This document shows, piece after piece, positions 1 through 12,806 of a stretch of 39,726 bases of DNA (its first letter is position 1; each line of letters starts with the position of its first letter). Below the pieces are notes generated by a model. The model was not told where the DNA came from and did no database searches. It was given only the letters and a program-made list of their open reading frames with translations. The position numbers were made by a program, and so were the translations under genes. Source of the DNA: Catajapyx aquilonaris (taxonomy: Eukaryota). The stretch lies in NCBI GenBank assembly GCA_000934665.2, contig KZ538933.1, forward strand, positions 1 to 39,726, given 5' to 3'.

Positions 1-1304
1 ACAAGGTTGGAAATAAAGGGGACTCCAGACAAGATGGCTGACCGAGTTGGACGTGTTTCACTAGGGGGGCTAAGTAAAAGACTCGAATAAAACAGTAAGT
101 GTACTAATTTAAACTGCTGTTTTGAAGTGGCAGTGACAGTGCATGAGAAATTGGGTTTTTAGTGTGACCCTTGCTGCAGCCTTGTTAGTACTGTCCAGGC
201 ATTCAAAGTGTAGAATTAGTTGTTATTTTAAGGCCCTGGCCACACAAGGTTTTTTTTTTTTGCAATATACGACTCGTAAGCAGCGACAATTGTGGTGGGA
301 AAGTGCGTCCGCAATTTTCCAGCCGTAATTAATATGTGGTGTGAAAATTGCAGCCTACACGTTTTATATACCGCTGGTTTTGACATGAAAACAGACAGCA
401 TATTCGGAGGCTTTCCGCGACGGAAATATTTCTGGTGTGGCTGTGGCCTACGTGTAATTGAAAAGATCCATGAAAGGGTGAAGACGTAGCATTCTTGTTA
501 AAAATGCATGTCCACTATGGAACCAGAGTGAGTACAACCGAGGATGTCCAAAAATAGTCTCCCAGCAAAACAATCCTACGGTGCTCTAAAAATAATCGCG
601 AGTGACTGTGAGAAGGAAGCTACTATAGAGTGCGACCTTTCCATGGCCCTAAATTAATTAAGCACTCCTCGTCTCCAGTTAAGTCCTCCATAAGTTACGA
701 GGCACAAAAATGTCAACTGCGATGTAACACACTAAGCCCTGGGTTTATACGCCAGGAAGCCGTGTCACCATAGAATGGGTCACCCCGTCGAGAAAGTGCG
801 ATAAAATGTGTAAAAGGTGTCGGCAAAAGTCGACAAAAGATTGCAGTTAAGGGCACGGGTAACCTCTCACCTTTCTGACTGTAGGTTGACTATTACAGTA
901 CAAAATGTGGATTTCAGAATTCGTCATTTTTCATCATTCTGTAGGTTTATTAGGAAGGAGCCAAAGCAACTATGGCTATCTGGGTATAGGAAGACACAAA
1001 GGTGGTACAGATGGAGACAAACGAAGAGAACAAAGAAGAGAGGAAAGACCTGACATCTCTCTTAGTCTGTCTCCATATTTCTTTATGGAACGGAGCGATT
1101 CCGTTATATACAGGTTTCATTACTTGATGTCAGGGATATGGTCCGACCACAACATGTACCACCCAGTGTTTACCTCCGTGATCGTTGCCAGCTTGCCACG
1201 TTATAACCTGACTCAACCCAGCCCACATGCAAGTAATCATGGCTGTCGTGACCGTGCACATTGCAATCAGACCTCCGCTTTTCAGCCGATGTAAAACATT
1301 TTAA

Positions 1305-1499
<195 letters not shown>

Positions 1500-2896
1500 T
1501 AAGTAGGCCTCCACAATTTCACCCTGGGCTATCTTCTGACGCTGAAATTACACGGGGCTTTTATATGGGAAAAAATGTACGTGCTATTATGACGATAATT
1601 AAAACAGCGCGTTTCCCATCTTCTGTGGGAGACCAAAAGGACATTTTTTTTGAAGGTTTGAAAAAGTGAGCACTCGTCGCTCTCTCTCTCCCTTTTTCTG
1701 CTCTCTTTTGTTCCCAACTTGGAAGGAAGTTGGTATCAAGATGGCGCCATATCCGAGCTCGTAAAGCCCGCGAGGCGAATTTTAAGCGGGGCTCACTTTG
1801 CTTTTCCAACAAGGATCCAGGCTTGCTTGGGGGAGGATCAAGAAAATGGAGCCGCGTTTTTATCAACGTTTACAGGAATGAAGTACGTGTTGCTGCCTGC
1901 TATAATAATTTCTGTTGCGTTTGAACGCTTCCTAAACCATGTTTTCAACTTCTAAGGAGCAAGACTTCGTCATGGGGATACAGGTGTTGATGGGTTTCAT
2001 AGAGTGGTATGATGCCACCTGACGCAACCTAAACGTTTTAGAGCAGTGTAAGAAAGAAATCATTCGCTTTCTGGTATACAACTACAGTATTGTGATAGTT
2101 GTTTTTGATACTGACACTAACTAGCAAAAGTGATGATCATACCAATCGTATAACGCCTGTTTATTTCACCACCTGAAAACACGTTAGCCGTGATTTCAGG
2201 CAAAAATACTGCAAAAAATACGTGAAACGTGAAAAAAAGCTTTTCTGGACCAGCCAAAAAAGGAACATGTAGTGTTTTACACCACAGGTACACAGAAATT
2301 ATTAAATAATAATGTCTTCGTAACATCATGGTATTGCCGGCTCACTTTTTCTCGCCCAAAGATTCTTTATCTCACGCTGGATTTATCTGAATCATGATGA
2401 AACACCCTGCATATACCCATGTTATGGCATATAGGCTACTGTATGCCTTACTGAGTGTTTTGTCAGTGAAAGCAAAATAGCAGGAGATAGAACGAAAAAA
2501 CAGGTATATTATATAATTTGACACTGAATTAAAACAAATCTCCTCAGGCTGATTCCCATGCAGCATGATTGTGTATAAATGTTTTCGAGGTAGCGTTATG
2601 ACAAATACATGCCACCAGAACTGAAATTTTACAAGCATAATGCACATTGCTGGGAACTGTGATGTAGGACATGCAATCCAGTGCCTCAAGGATTATTTAA
2701 AATATACTTCCGCAGTTAACGTACTTTGTTGATATATGCTCAATCATTGCATATTACATTGTACAATATAGTCGTAACTTCGGGATTATTTGCAACGTTA
2801 GTAAAAATCTGTCCCGTCCCCCTATATTTCAATACATCGCCAGAACATAGCCTGAGGCAGGCTGGATGGAGATGGGTAGGGTATACAGAACGGCCA

Positions 2897-4047
2897 GTTG
2901 AACGAAAGAGTATAGTCTAGTAATATGGCTTCACTACCGTCTAAACAGGTTTCCTGATGTCGGCAACTTCCAGGGCCTTTGAAGTTCCTTTATTTTTACA
3001 GGAAAAATGTGGTTTTCAAATGCTAATTACAGTCCTGGCTGCGGGGGAAAATATGTGTATTTTTTCCACATTCTTCGACACACTGTCATTTACAGAAAAA
3101 AATTGAAGCCAGTGACATGCACGAGACAAAGGAGTATTGTCATGCGACTAATTTGCCCAGCCGGCTGATTATCATGTAGTGCCAAAACATGGCAGGCCCA
3201 TGATGATCTGAAAATTTCAAGGTGTCCAGGTCACTCACTATCTGTGTGCTGCCAGCGGTGACAAAATTCGCGAAGTGCTGGAAAATGAAGGATTGCCTAT
3301 ATTTTTCATCGAACATTACACTATTTTGCACTTGCAACCTGGTACTTGGAATATATTATGAATTTTCGTCGCAATATTGTGTCAATATCGCGGGGAGGTG
3401 AAGTGGCACAGCGGTAACGCTCGCGCCCACGGATATTAAGGTCCCGGGTTCGATCCCCACCCGGTGTTCCCACCTCTATCCGTGCAGAGTTGGGCCATCT
3501 CTGGCTTCATTTCGGGTGGCAATTTCCGATAGACTAAGCCACCCGGGGGAGTTCACGAAATGACCATTAGAGACATTGCACTTGTACTTTGCACATCCCC
3601 TCCTACCTACCCTGGAGTAATTAATTAAGATCTTCTTATATGGCTCCAATTTCTGATGGTGGTAATCCACCCCCGTAAAGGATATGGTAAATCCGACTGG
3701 GGTAATGCAAAAAATTTGTTTGTCAATGTCGCATTTTCACGCATTTCCTAACCTCTAAAAATTGGCACCTGGCACATTGCAATTTTCAGGATGTCATCGG
3801 TCTGCCATGTTTTGATATTACGTACATGCTAATGATGGGCCTACCTAGGCAGATTACAGGAATTAAAAATGCTCCTTTGTCTTGTCCATGTGTTCCAGGA
3901 ATGTGGGGAACAAAGCTGGCACTTGAAATTCCCATTTTCTAAACAAAAAAAGGAACTCAAAGAGCAGTGCGTCACAGTTCCAAGAATTCCGGAGAGCTGT
4001 GGGTAGTGAGAACCATCCATATATGCGGTACTAGACTTTCTTTCAAC
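2897..4047. mobile_element. Old, diverged foldback (long inverted-repeat) element with a SINE inserted in its spacer
   Basis: Arms about 2897-3235 and 3765-4047 match block by block in reverse complement: agtctagta/tactagact, gacaaaggag/ctcctttgtc, caaaacatggcag/ctgccatgttttg, gttccttt/aaaggaac. Termini and TSD are not resolved. Confidence 0.75.
3392..3714 (+). mobile_element. tRNA-derived SINE, family A, copy 1
   Basis: Pol III A box TGGCACAGCGG and B box GGTTCGATCCC, followed by a ~230-nt non-tRNA body and a short A tail. TSD TGTCAATATCGC (3380-3391) / TGTCAATGTCGC (3721-3732). Colinear with the copy at 33018-33351. Confidence 0.9.
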
Positions 4048-5314
4048 ATAGCTGGAGTTTCCATGAACTGCTGAAAGTTGCTTGAAGAGGTTTCCTTTTC
4101 TGAGATTTACTCACCTTGTCATCCCTTTTGTTTTGTCCCGTGATGGACAGGGGATTTCTTTTCAGATACGCTCTTCTCTTCCTTTTTGGCTGCAAATTTG
4201 AATATTCTTTAGTGTTGATAACCTGTATCAAGATCCAGATGAGGGATTATCGATGTAGTTAGGTCATGGAAGGCATGATTTGGTACATGTATTTCAATAC
4301 GGATGAAGAGACCTTTTCTATTGTAATGTCCAGATTTCAATTAAATTGATTTCTTCATCGATTCCAATACTACAACTCGGTGAGAAATATATACCGAGCT
4401 AGCCTGGCACTAGTGGTAAATTGATCAAAGTGATTACCCTAGTCTTTTTTCCCTCCATGGGCTGGCTGTGGGGTTGTTTTTCCTAGAATTTCGTCAGTGT
4501 GACTTACACGTCGGCTATTATTATGAAGGGGCATTAAGCTTGTCCTGTCTGCATGTCAGTTTGGCGGTTTTGTTGGCTGCTTGTCCGGAAATGACGGCCA
4601 ACCTCAGCCCTGTACACATACAGGGTGGTACGCAACTAAGGAGACACATTTAAGCGCATTTTTTCAACCCCCTGTGATACTGCATTGCAAACCACATGAA
4701 AGTGTATAAAGGCATGTTGCCTGTCGATATCCGTCTACACGGCAGTATCGATATCCGCAACTTTGCGGCCGATGTGTGTGAAATGTCAAACGTGGCTCGT
4801 TTGCTTGCGAAACACCCTGCGTGCATTTTTTTTGCGCATTTGTAGCATAGTACGGAGCCGGAAGTGGCCGTTTGTTTAGGGCCAGCGGAAGTTGTGCCCG
4901 GAAATTTCCGGGGCCGTCCCCACAATTACCAGCTGTCCCAGTGTTTCTGCCTGGCGCGCGGTGAACCAACGCCCAGCTCAAATAATGCGCGGCGACTCTC
5001 ATCTCCTACCTCTTCAGCTTTATTAAATATCATAATAATCTCGCCTTGCGTTATGGCTGGTCTTGGAGTGTTTTAAATATTACATTTAAATATTACATTT
5101 GGCTTTTGACTTGGACAAGTTGATTCAAGAATTATGAATGTATTGCTGATTCTAACAAGGGACATACCTCGAGTGATAATGACGGATCCTGATGAATCTG
5201 AACATGCTAACCCAGGAAAATATAATTATGATAACCAAAAATGAAATATCTCGGACTGAAACCCATATTTGCACAAGTTACGACAAAAATGGTGCATTTC
5301 CATACACAATGGGA

Positions 5315-5451
5315 CAAGGGGTTAACCACTTCGGTACTCCGGTGTTCACCTGCAGTGGTACTCCCAGGTACTCCTTAGGTACCTTACTCTTTGATACTCC
5401 TTGAATTTGGTACTCCAGTGTACACTTTTCAGTCCAGTGGTTAACCCCTTG
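5315..5451. mobile_element. 137-bp MITE with 8-bp TSD (hAT- or P-superfamily-like), nested in the left arm of the 5106-6056 element
   Basis: Perfect 16-bp TIR CAAGGGGTTAACCACT/AGTGGTTAACCCCTTG. Perfect TSD CAATGGGA at 5307-5314 and 5452-5459. Several internal GGTACTCC repeats. The insertion is absent from the opposite arm. Confidence 0.9.
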
Positions 5452-5491
5452 CAATGGGATTAAGTTAGACACCACATATAATGATATTGAA

Positions 5492-5698
5492 GTGTGTAAT
5501 CAGTTTCATTGTACCAAATACACATTATTTAACTGTCACACAAAATTCACCACACCAATAGAGTTCGCCTTTGACAACTTAGCGAGTGACAAGTGTGCTA
5601 CATGTGATGAGATGCTGAGCTTCTTTTGTTGTGCACATTGCAATATTTGTTTCTGTATCAACCATGCATTAAAAAGTGAATTTCACATGTGTAAATAA
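5492..5698 (+). pseudogene. Remnant of a Cys/His-rich C-terminus, probably from a Tc1/mariner-pogo-related transposase
   Basis: FTTPIEFAF...CATC...FFCCAHC....CINH.....HMC* resembles, from memory, the FxxPVEFxF-CxxC-CxxC-CxxH-HxC tail of arthropod pogo-like DDE transposases. It lies between long TIRs and has no catalytic domain. Confidence 0.55.
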
Positions 5699-8600
5699 AT
5701 TGTATGAAAGCTGAATAATGTGTATTTGGTACAATAAAACTTATTACAAACTTCAATGTCATTATAATTATGTGGTCGCTAACGTAATCCCATTTTGTAT
5801 GGAAATGTACAATTTTTGTCTCTTTAACACGTCGTAACTTTTGCAAATATGGGTTTCAGCCTGAGATATTTCATTTTTGGTCATCATAGATTGTCCTGGG
5901 TTAGCATGTTCAGTTTCATCAGGATCCGTCATTATCACCCGAGTATGTTCCTTGTAGTATTGTCCCCACATTGGTTTTCACTTGAAATTTTATTATTTCA
6001 CGTTTGTTACCAGAAGTGGCAAAATAGCTGGAACATGCTGAACTTGTCTAGGACAACTCAATTGTTATGATCTATGTCTTTACTCAGATGCCCTATAGAC
6101 TCCTAGAGCCTCTTCCCTCCAATGACGAGCAAAGGATTCTCACCTGACTAGGATTATTAGGATTGAGTGGTTTTTAGTCGAGGTTGTCAAGGTGTCGAAC
6201 CTGTCCGGTCGATATTAAGATTCCTGCCATAATACGACGAAAGCCTGCCGTCTAGCATGTCAGGCTCTACTCTGGTGAGGAGAACCGCGTTTGAAGTGGT
6301 TCCCTGTGCTATTTGGAAAATACAAAATTGCCTGGGAGGGGTGGCCGGAACAGACTGTCGGTGCTTACAGCTTGATGGACGTTGTAGGTCAGGAGTTGAC
6401 AGATTGGGTTAATTCTGGCACACGGTACTGGACCAGAGTTATGTGAAATAATCACACTTGATGGTCAGAGCTCGAATTCTTTAGATTTGGTGTGTTTTAA
6501 CATTAGAGGTCTATGACCCCTATTGTATCGTTTCGTAGTAAGCAGTGCTTTGGGTTTCATCAAGCATCGTCGTTATTGTAGAGGAAGGAAGGTATCTGGA
6601 TGCTTGTAGGCATTTTTTCTGTGCATGAAGTGAATAGGAACATGCTTATGATTTTTTAAATTCCACCTGGCAACTTATAAATAATGGGAAAAGTAGCAAT
6701 ATACTGTACAGTATCAGATAGGAAAACCTCCAGAACACGTAAATTTAAAGAGTTAACCAAGTCAAGCCACAGAATACGAATTCATAGTCGAATTGGAATA
6801 TCTTGCTGGCCAAGGCGGACGGTGAATTATTATCAGCAGCTGATGTAACACTGACTATTTTAAGGTTTGATTTGATTAATGCCTGGGATAAAATTCTGAA
6901 TTTAAAGTTGTCTTTGAGAATTCGTCATTTATGTAAGGCGTACGGTACACATAGGCATAATTATGAGAAATTGAATATTATGGTATTTAACCTGAACAGT
7001 GTAGGCGTTGGGATGAACAGGAGCATGCGCATGAAACCCCCGTTTGATTGGTTAATTATTTGCAAGTGATGTCTCTTTAGAAAAGACTTATCATAACATT
7101 AAGCAGTGGGCAGATAAAAGTAAACCCGGTGGAAAACGATTTCAGTGAATAGGCCTATTACTGAGAAGGATTTTTCTCCTTTTGATTTCTTTTGGACCGC
7201 CAGTAATGGAAAAGCTGGCATGCAAAAGAGTCAGCCATTCCATCTACGCCGATAAAGCTATAGGTTGGCTACCATGCTGGTTAAGTCTCTATATACTACT
7301 ATGGAATTTTCACCAAATTATTGTGGTATCAGGTTAAAAGCAGCGCAAAAGTAAACAGGCACGCGGTCCCTGTGGTCGATGCCAAGCCCGGAGTTGAGGT
7401 CTCTCCGGGTTCTTCACGTGTGAAATGTCAACTATACTATCTTGCCATCCGAGGGTGGAAAAAAGCACGAAATGGCACTTCCCCTACTCACTCCTTCTGA
7501 GCGTCACTACATTTGATTTAAATGTGTCTTATAATAACTGATCATGTGAGCAGCAAAACCTTCCCATGTTCAGCTCAGTTTGCAGATATCCACAGGTGAT
7601 ATTTCCACTCCAACAAGAATGCAACATTTTTTTGGGTAGAATTGCGGCATCTCCACAAGATATGCCTCAAAACTATGTTTTTATGGCACCTCCCAAGTTG
7701 AGGAACAATTTGAAGAACAAAAAAATGAGAGAGGGGAGGACGGAAAGGGCAAAAAAAGAAGAAGGGTCGAGATTTGCTAGTCTTGCTGGAGGCCCGAAAC
7801 TTGGGACGGACGCTGCCAATTTTTAAGCAGACGTAACGTGAAATTGCATCAATTTTCCTCCGCGCCGGAAAAGGAGAGAGTAAAAGGAGGGAAAGAGGCG
7901 TTGGCCCGGAGGCATTTCCCGGATTAAAAAAGAAAGTGGAGATGTAAGGTTGGATGGGGAGGTAGGGTAGGTAGGGGGTGGTGGGGATGGGAGCATTTGA
8001 GACCAGCACCAGATCAAAGGGAAAGGCTAAGAAATGCTGATATGAACGGGGGAAGGGTGTTAATTAAATTGAGCGTAAAAAAGAGTGTGTGGGGGAAGGC
8101 GGGGTGAAAAAGAGGGGGGAGGGGGTTGACGGGTGCAGAGGGAATGAAGGTTCCACCTGATGCATTTAACAAAGTGGAAGCGTCGAGTCAGCTTTAATTT
8201 AGTCACGATGAACAAACGCGCAGTGTTTTATAGAGCATGGCAAGAACCCCAATTTTCATTAGGAAGTGGATTCTTTAATGAGTAATTGCTGTTAGCATAA
8301 GAATGTTTCTTTGATAATACGAACCACATCTATCCAAGATTAAGAAGAGATCGCCTGATTCCAGATTATAGTTGTTATCAGGAAAATGGGAAAAGGCATT
8401 TTTCAACCAAGCCTTCATTTTTAGTACAGTGTATACCGCATTTATTGCAAATAAGACCTAAAAGCACTTGACGCCACTTTCCATCACATCTAAGGAAAAC
8501 TTTTCTATCCAGAAAACCAACATATCCCACCTTGGCGGCGGCCAAAAAATCACCTGCGCCTTTTATGTTGTCGCAGTATACAAGCTCGGAGCCATAGTTG

Positions 8601-9277
8601 ACAATCTTGACATAGGTTCCCAAGAATTGCTGCTAGAGAAGGAAAGAGAGTTTGAAAAGCAGTTTAAAGAGCGGCCAAGGGCGGCTAGGTTTTGGTTGCT
8701 CTGAAAAGAGCCAGAGTTGGTCCAGAGTTAGTAGGAAGGGCGAGAGAGGAGGAGAGAGTGGAAAAAAGAATAAAAAAGAATAAAAGTGCGGTCCCGGCGA
8801 GCTTGTCGAGGGAGGAAAGGCCAACAAATCACAAAGGGAAGCAAACGTCGATTCCAACATTGTTCCCCTCTAGTCCCCGGAGTCGCGCCTTCCAGCGGGG
8901 CCCGGATTTTCCTGCCTTTTTTTGAGCCGTACAGAACCTCCTCCTCTTGACACGGCCAAGATTGGCCGACTCCCGTATACACCCTGCCACGTTTTTCTCT
9001 TCTTTTTACCACTAACTCCGAACAGAGAGAACCTACCCATCCGATTAGAAAAGACGCTCCATTGCCACACCAAACCTACGTTTTGTGTGTTTATTCCCTG
9101 CTTCTCACCCTCACTTCTGTTCATGTCGAACTGAACAAATATGACACGAGTGGGTTGAAGATATTGGTGAATGGAATAACTTCATTATTACAATCATTAT
9201 TAAGGAACTTGAGGATTGACATAAAAACACGCGCAATTACCGCAGACATCATCCAACAGTGCAAATAACGAGGAAAT

Positions 9278-9638
9278 TATTTTATTTTATTTTATTTACC
9301 CCGTTGTGAGAGGACAGCGCTCTTTTAAGGGGATGGAACACCACCATTTTTCAATCAATTTTCTGTATATTTTTCTCCGAACTCCGTGCAGGGAAGAAAG
9401 GACATGAGGTATAGGGATGGAGATTTTTTGGGGAGAGACACTGGTGCACGGGTGCTGGTGCAATGTCCGCGCCAACTGGGTCATGTGCAGTCTCCCTGGA
9501 GATTAGGTTGCCAGACACCTCCAAGGTGTGGATCAGAGACCCTCCTGATGCAGGCGAAATGGACTCCCGGGATGGGATCGAACCTGGGACCTTCCGCTCA
9601 GCAATCCGAGTAGTTACCAACTCGATTACCACGCCTCC
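9278..9638 (-). mobile_element. tRNA-derived SINE, family C
   Basis: Minus strand reads GGAGGCGTGGTAATCGAGTTGG...GGTTCGATCCC (A and B boxes), then a body and a (TAAAA)n tail. Probable TSD TAACGAGGAAAT (9266-9277) / TAACGAAGAAAT (9642-9653). Confidence 0.85.
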
Positions 9639-9798
9639 ATGTAACGAAGAAATAATATTAAATTACCTGGAATGAAACGTGCTCTCTGTAGGCCTGTATT
9701 TATCACGAAGACGTAAACTTTCTTACTATAAGCTGAGACTGTAGCGCATATTTTTCTGGCTTATGAACCTTTCGAAAAGATAGCACATAATTATATGA

Positions 9799-9864
9799 CC
9801 GGGGATAAAACTCACAACCTCAGGTGAAAGGTTGCGGCCTGAACCACCCCACCACTGTGCCTCC
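9799..9864 (-). mobile_element. Degenerate tRNA-like SINE head
   Basis: Minus strand ggaggcacagtggtggggtggtt...gaggttgtgagttttatcccc shows decayed A and B boxes at tRNA spacing. Confidence 0.4.
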
Positions 9865-12750
9865 ATGGCATATATTTATGTAATAATGTCTTTTGCTTCT
9901 AAATTAGTATGCGCTATTAATCCAAATTTGGACATGGCAGAGTGTTTAAATTGGGAGCATGATATCATTACCTTGAAGTGTAATGATTTTGTAGGAATGC
10001 ATTTTTTATGCCGCGAGTCCTGTGATTTGTAAACAAGTGCTTTAATTGATGTCAATTTTAGTTTGTTGCATTTTGCAGCATCACTAAAGTGCAAACATGT
10101 GCTTCTGTACTAATTGGTAAAGGAAAGGACTGCATTATTAACATTATGGTGTCAATCCTAAATAATTGGGTTTTCATTTACAGTAATACGTGTGGCAGGT
10201 TTTCTTAACTGTTGTGTCACTATCCATGCAAATGTGGATAATTATAATTATTTAATAATAAGAATGCTCTACCGTCGGGATAATAGGTCTATTAGTTTTT
10301 TTAGCAGATTACAAAAGTTTTGATGTTGACAATCATTCTTTGTGAAGGGTTTTTACTCACATTGAGCAGTAGGCTATATAAAAAGGGAAACTTGTTATGT
10401 AGGCGACATCCACTGGCTTTCCGTAAGTGCTTTGCAATGGACCGCGTTGTTTTTATGTTTTTGTAACGAACTTTGAAAATTGCGCAGGGACTATTGTTAC
10501 TGAAATATACACTATTTTGGCACAAATACAAAGGAGAAATCGCCTGATTAGCCGATACGTTGTTAATATTTAATCGGCTTGGAACTGCGTCGACCATGTT
10601 AGAGGGCCCTTGTTGATCAAGCTGAGGTCACAACTCAACTGAGCTATATGCAATGAGCTTCATTCGCGCTGTTACGAAAGGAGGCACCATACAGAGTGAA
10701 AATCGCAGCATCCGTAAATTTGCTCCCGGAGTTTTCCTCTTTTTTGTCCACTCGGCGGGTGGCCCAGTTTTGTAGTTGATCCGCTCCAATTACACTCAGT
10801 AGAACCGGGATTTGCTTTTGGCAGGGTTTTGCATCCCAGAGGCCACGGGACTTTTTTTAAAAATAAAAAAGAACCCTCCCGAGAGATCTTAAACGAGGCT
10901 GAGTATTGAACTGAAATGTTGTGTGATCACTGGACAAGGGCATATTCTAGTGCAGATGTAAAGATTTACCATTGATAGCGTAAGATTTAAGGAGACGTCC
11001 GACGTTAATAATAAATAACATGAAACTTAGGCCTGGCCCCAAATTTTATCTGGAAAATATTCCTGATAATTGATTCTGACTTCTTGACAAGGATCAAATG
11101 AATACACTTGTAGGGTACAGTATAGCCGACGAGATTTGTTTCTGACTTGCCTCAAGCAAAGCTCTCGCCACGAAATTATTCACCATGGCCCCGGGACATC
11201 TTGAAGGCTGTCTTTCCTGCACGTACAATTCCAGCTACCCCCCTCCTTTTTGTTTCAAAGGTCACGCAAGGCTGAATAAGCAGTAAAGCACGTACTTTTG
11301 TGGGCCACTTTCCAATTCAGAACGCAATGAGCAAATCGGACGCGTCAGCCAAAACACAGGTCAAATGTCAACGTCTGGGGAAAAAAGGGAGGAAAAAACT
11401 TTTAGGTTTTTGGAAGAAAAAGAAGAAGAGGGCAGGATGGGGAGGGGACCAAAAAAATGAGGGCTTTGGCAATTGCCCAAAAGTCGCAATGTTTGCGGGG
11501 CCATTTGGAAGCAGCAGCGTGCGTTTGGGGCGAGGTCTCGTTGCCCAATTACCTCTTGGCACTCTTGCCACACCAGCATGCGTTTGCTTCCAAACGACCT
11601 CCGAATCCATGATTCCAGCTCTTTTTTGTTTCCTTTTTTCACTTTTCCGAAAAGTATGGTTTTTTTCTGGTTGAAAAATCCACAAGATTTGAGGATCATC
11701 ACACTAGTGTGCGAGCGGATTTGTGCTCTCGTGTTGTATGTGGAAAAAAGTGTGCTCTGGTACAAGGATGTTTAATCGGATCAGTGGATTTGAACCGTAA
11801 AAAACTGGGATTAATCCATGGAAGCGCTGTCTGTTACAGCGACTCCCTCTATACATAATGATTTGTGTAGATATTATATGAACGTTGAATGGATGTAATC
11901 CGCCTTATCTTTTGTGCACAGCGTAAATAGGTACAATACTATGTACAAAGGTTATTGTCAGGGTGCAGGTAAAAAATTCCATCAGACATGAGCATGCATA
12001 ACCTACAGGTACCCTTCTGCCACATCGAGAGACTCGAGAATTGATTGGCAGGGAAAGGCCGGATAGAAATTCTGAATTGCTGCTGGTTGCGTTAAAAGCA
12101 CTTCTGAATGTACGATTCGCTGTGATCAGAGCCCACATCTGGTCCACATCAACATGGCTTTGTCACGATGAGTATCTGCCGGCAGGTGTCCCAACTAACA
12201 GGTTTGCTCAAGGCTTAATCCATCTACCGGTTGACCTTCCAATTTCGCGTGGATTACTGGCCAAATCCTCTCCACTAACGTGAATTTAGGCACTTGACCG
12301 CACCATGCAGGTAGTGTACACGTACGAATGAACATCTTCAATCGTTTCACGCCTAAAAGCTCACGTGGGACTCCGTCATGTATGCAGATATAAATTCCAT
12401 CCCAGTTGTACGCAGCCTGCTGTTTGATACTGTGACGAATGGCAAAGGCGACCTGTCCCTTTTGGCCCTCTTCGTCAACTCGCCCATTTCTATTCATAGT
12501 GAGGCCTTCCCCCTTCTTCCTTCCTTCCTTCCTCCCTCTCCCCTTTTTACTCCCCCGTCATTGGCAACCCCTAGACGCCTAGCGACGCCCCCAGATCTGC
12601 ATACCCTTTGGGAAGGATGTAGGGATGTAAGTTGAGCGGAAGCCACCAGACGGAAGATTAGGGACAAAGGGCAAACTTGCCCGCATTACTCGCCTCATAG
12701 GTTTTCTGGACGAGCGGGTTTCTGGGACACCTCGCTCGAGTGTGGAAACC

Positions 12751-12806
12751 AAGGAAGGAAGGAAGGAAGGAAGGAAGGAAGGAAGGAAGGAAGGAAGGAA
12801 GGAAGG
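12751..12806 (+). repeat. (AAGG)14 microsatellite
   Basis: Perfect tetranucleotide array of 56 nt. It may be a retroelement tail. Confidence 0.95.

Larger units (their letters stand above)
5106..6056 (+). mobile_element. Long-TIR DNA transposon deletion derivative carrying a transposase-like C-terminal remnant
   Basis: Inverted arms 5155-5492 and 5751-5955 (e.g. gtgataatgacggatcctgatgaa / ttcatcaggatccgtcattatcac). An outer match lies at 5106-5121/6041-6056. The spacer holds a Cys/His-rich ORF followed by AATAAA signals. The true termini are not resolved. Confidence 0.8.

Noticed and set aside
1981..2409. Tc1-like MITE bounded by CAGGTGTT / AACACCCTG
   Set aside because: Only about 8 bp of terminal match, with no further arm similarity. 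Similar lone ends at about 17718 and 26111 could not be paired either.
3653..3706. Hammerhead or HDV-like ribozyme in the SINE tail (CTGATG followed by a hairpin)
   Set aside because: The core reads CTGATGG rather than CTGANGA, and no GAAA follows stem II. No HDV nested pseudoknot or catalytic C could be built. Other CTGATGA sites (about 5190, 29796) also lack the core geometry.
11300..11775. Four overlapping ORFs of 100-134 aa; similarly 7575-8009 and 16433-16852
   Set aside because: Low-complexity K/F/P-rich or featureless translations from skewed composition, with no convincing splice-bounded exon or known motif.
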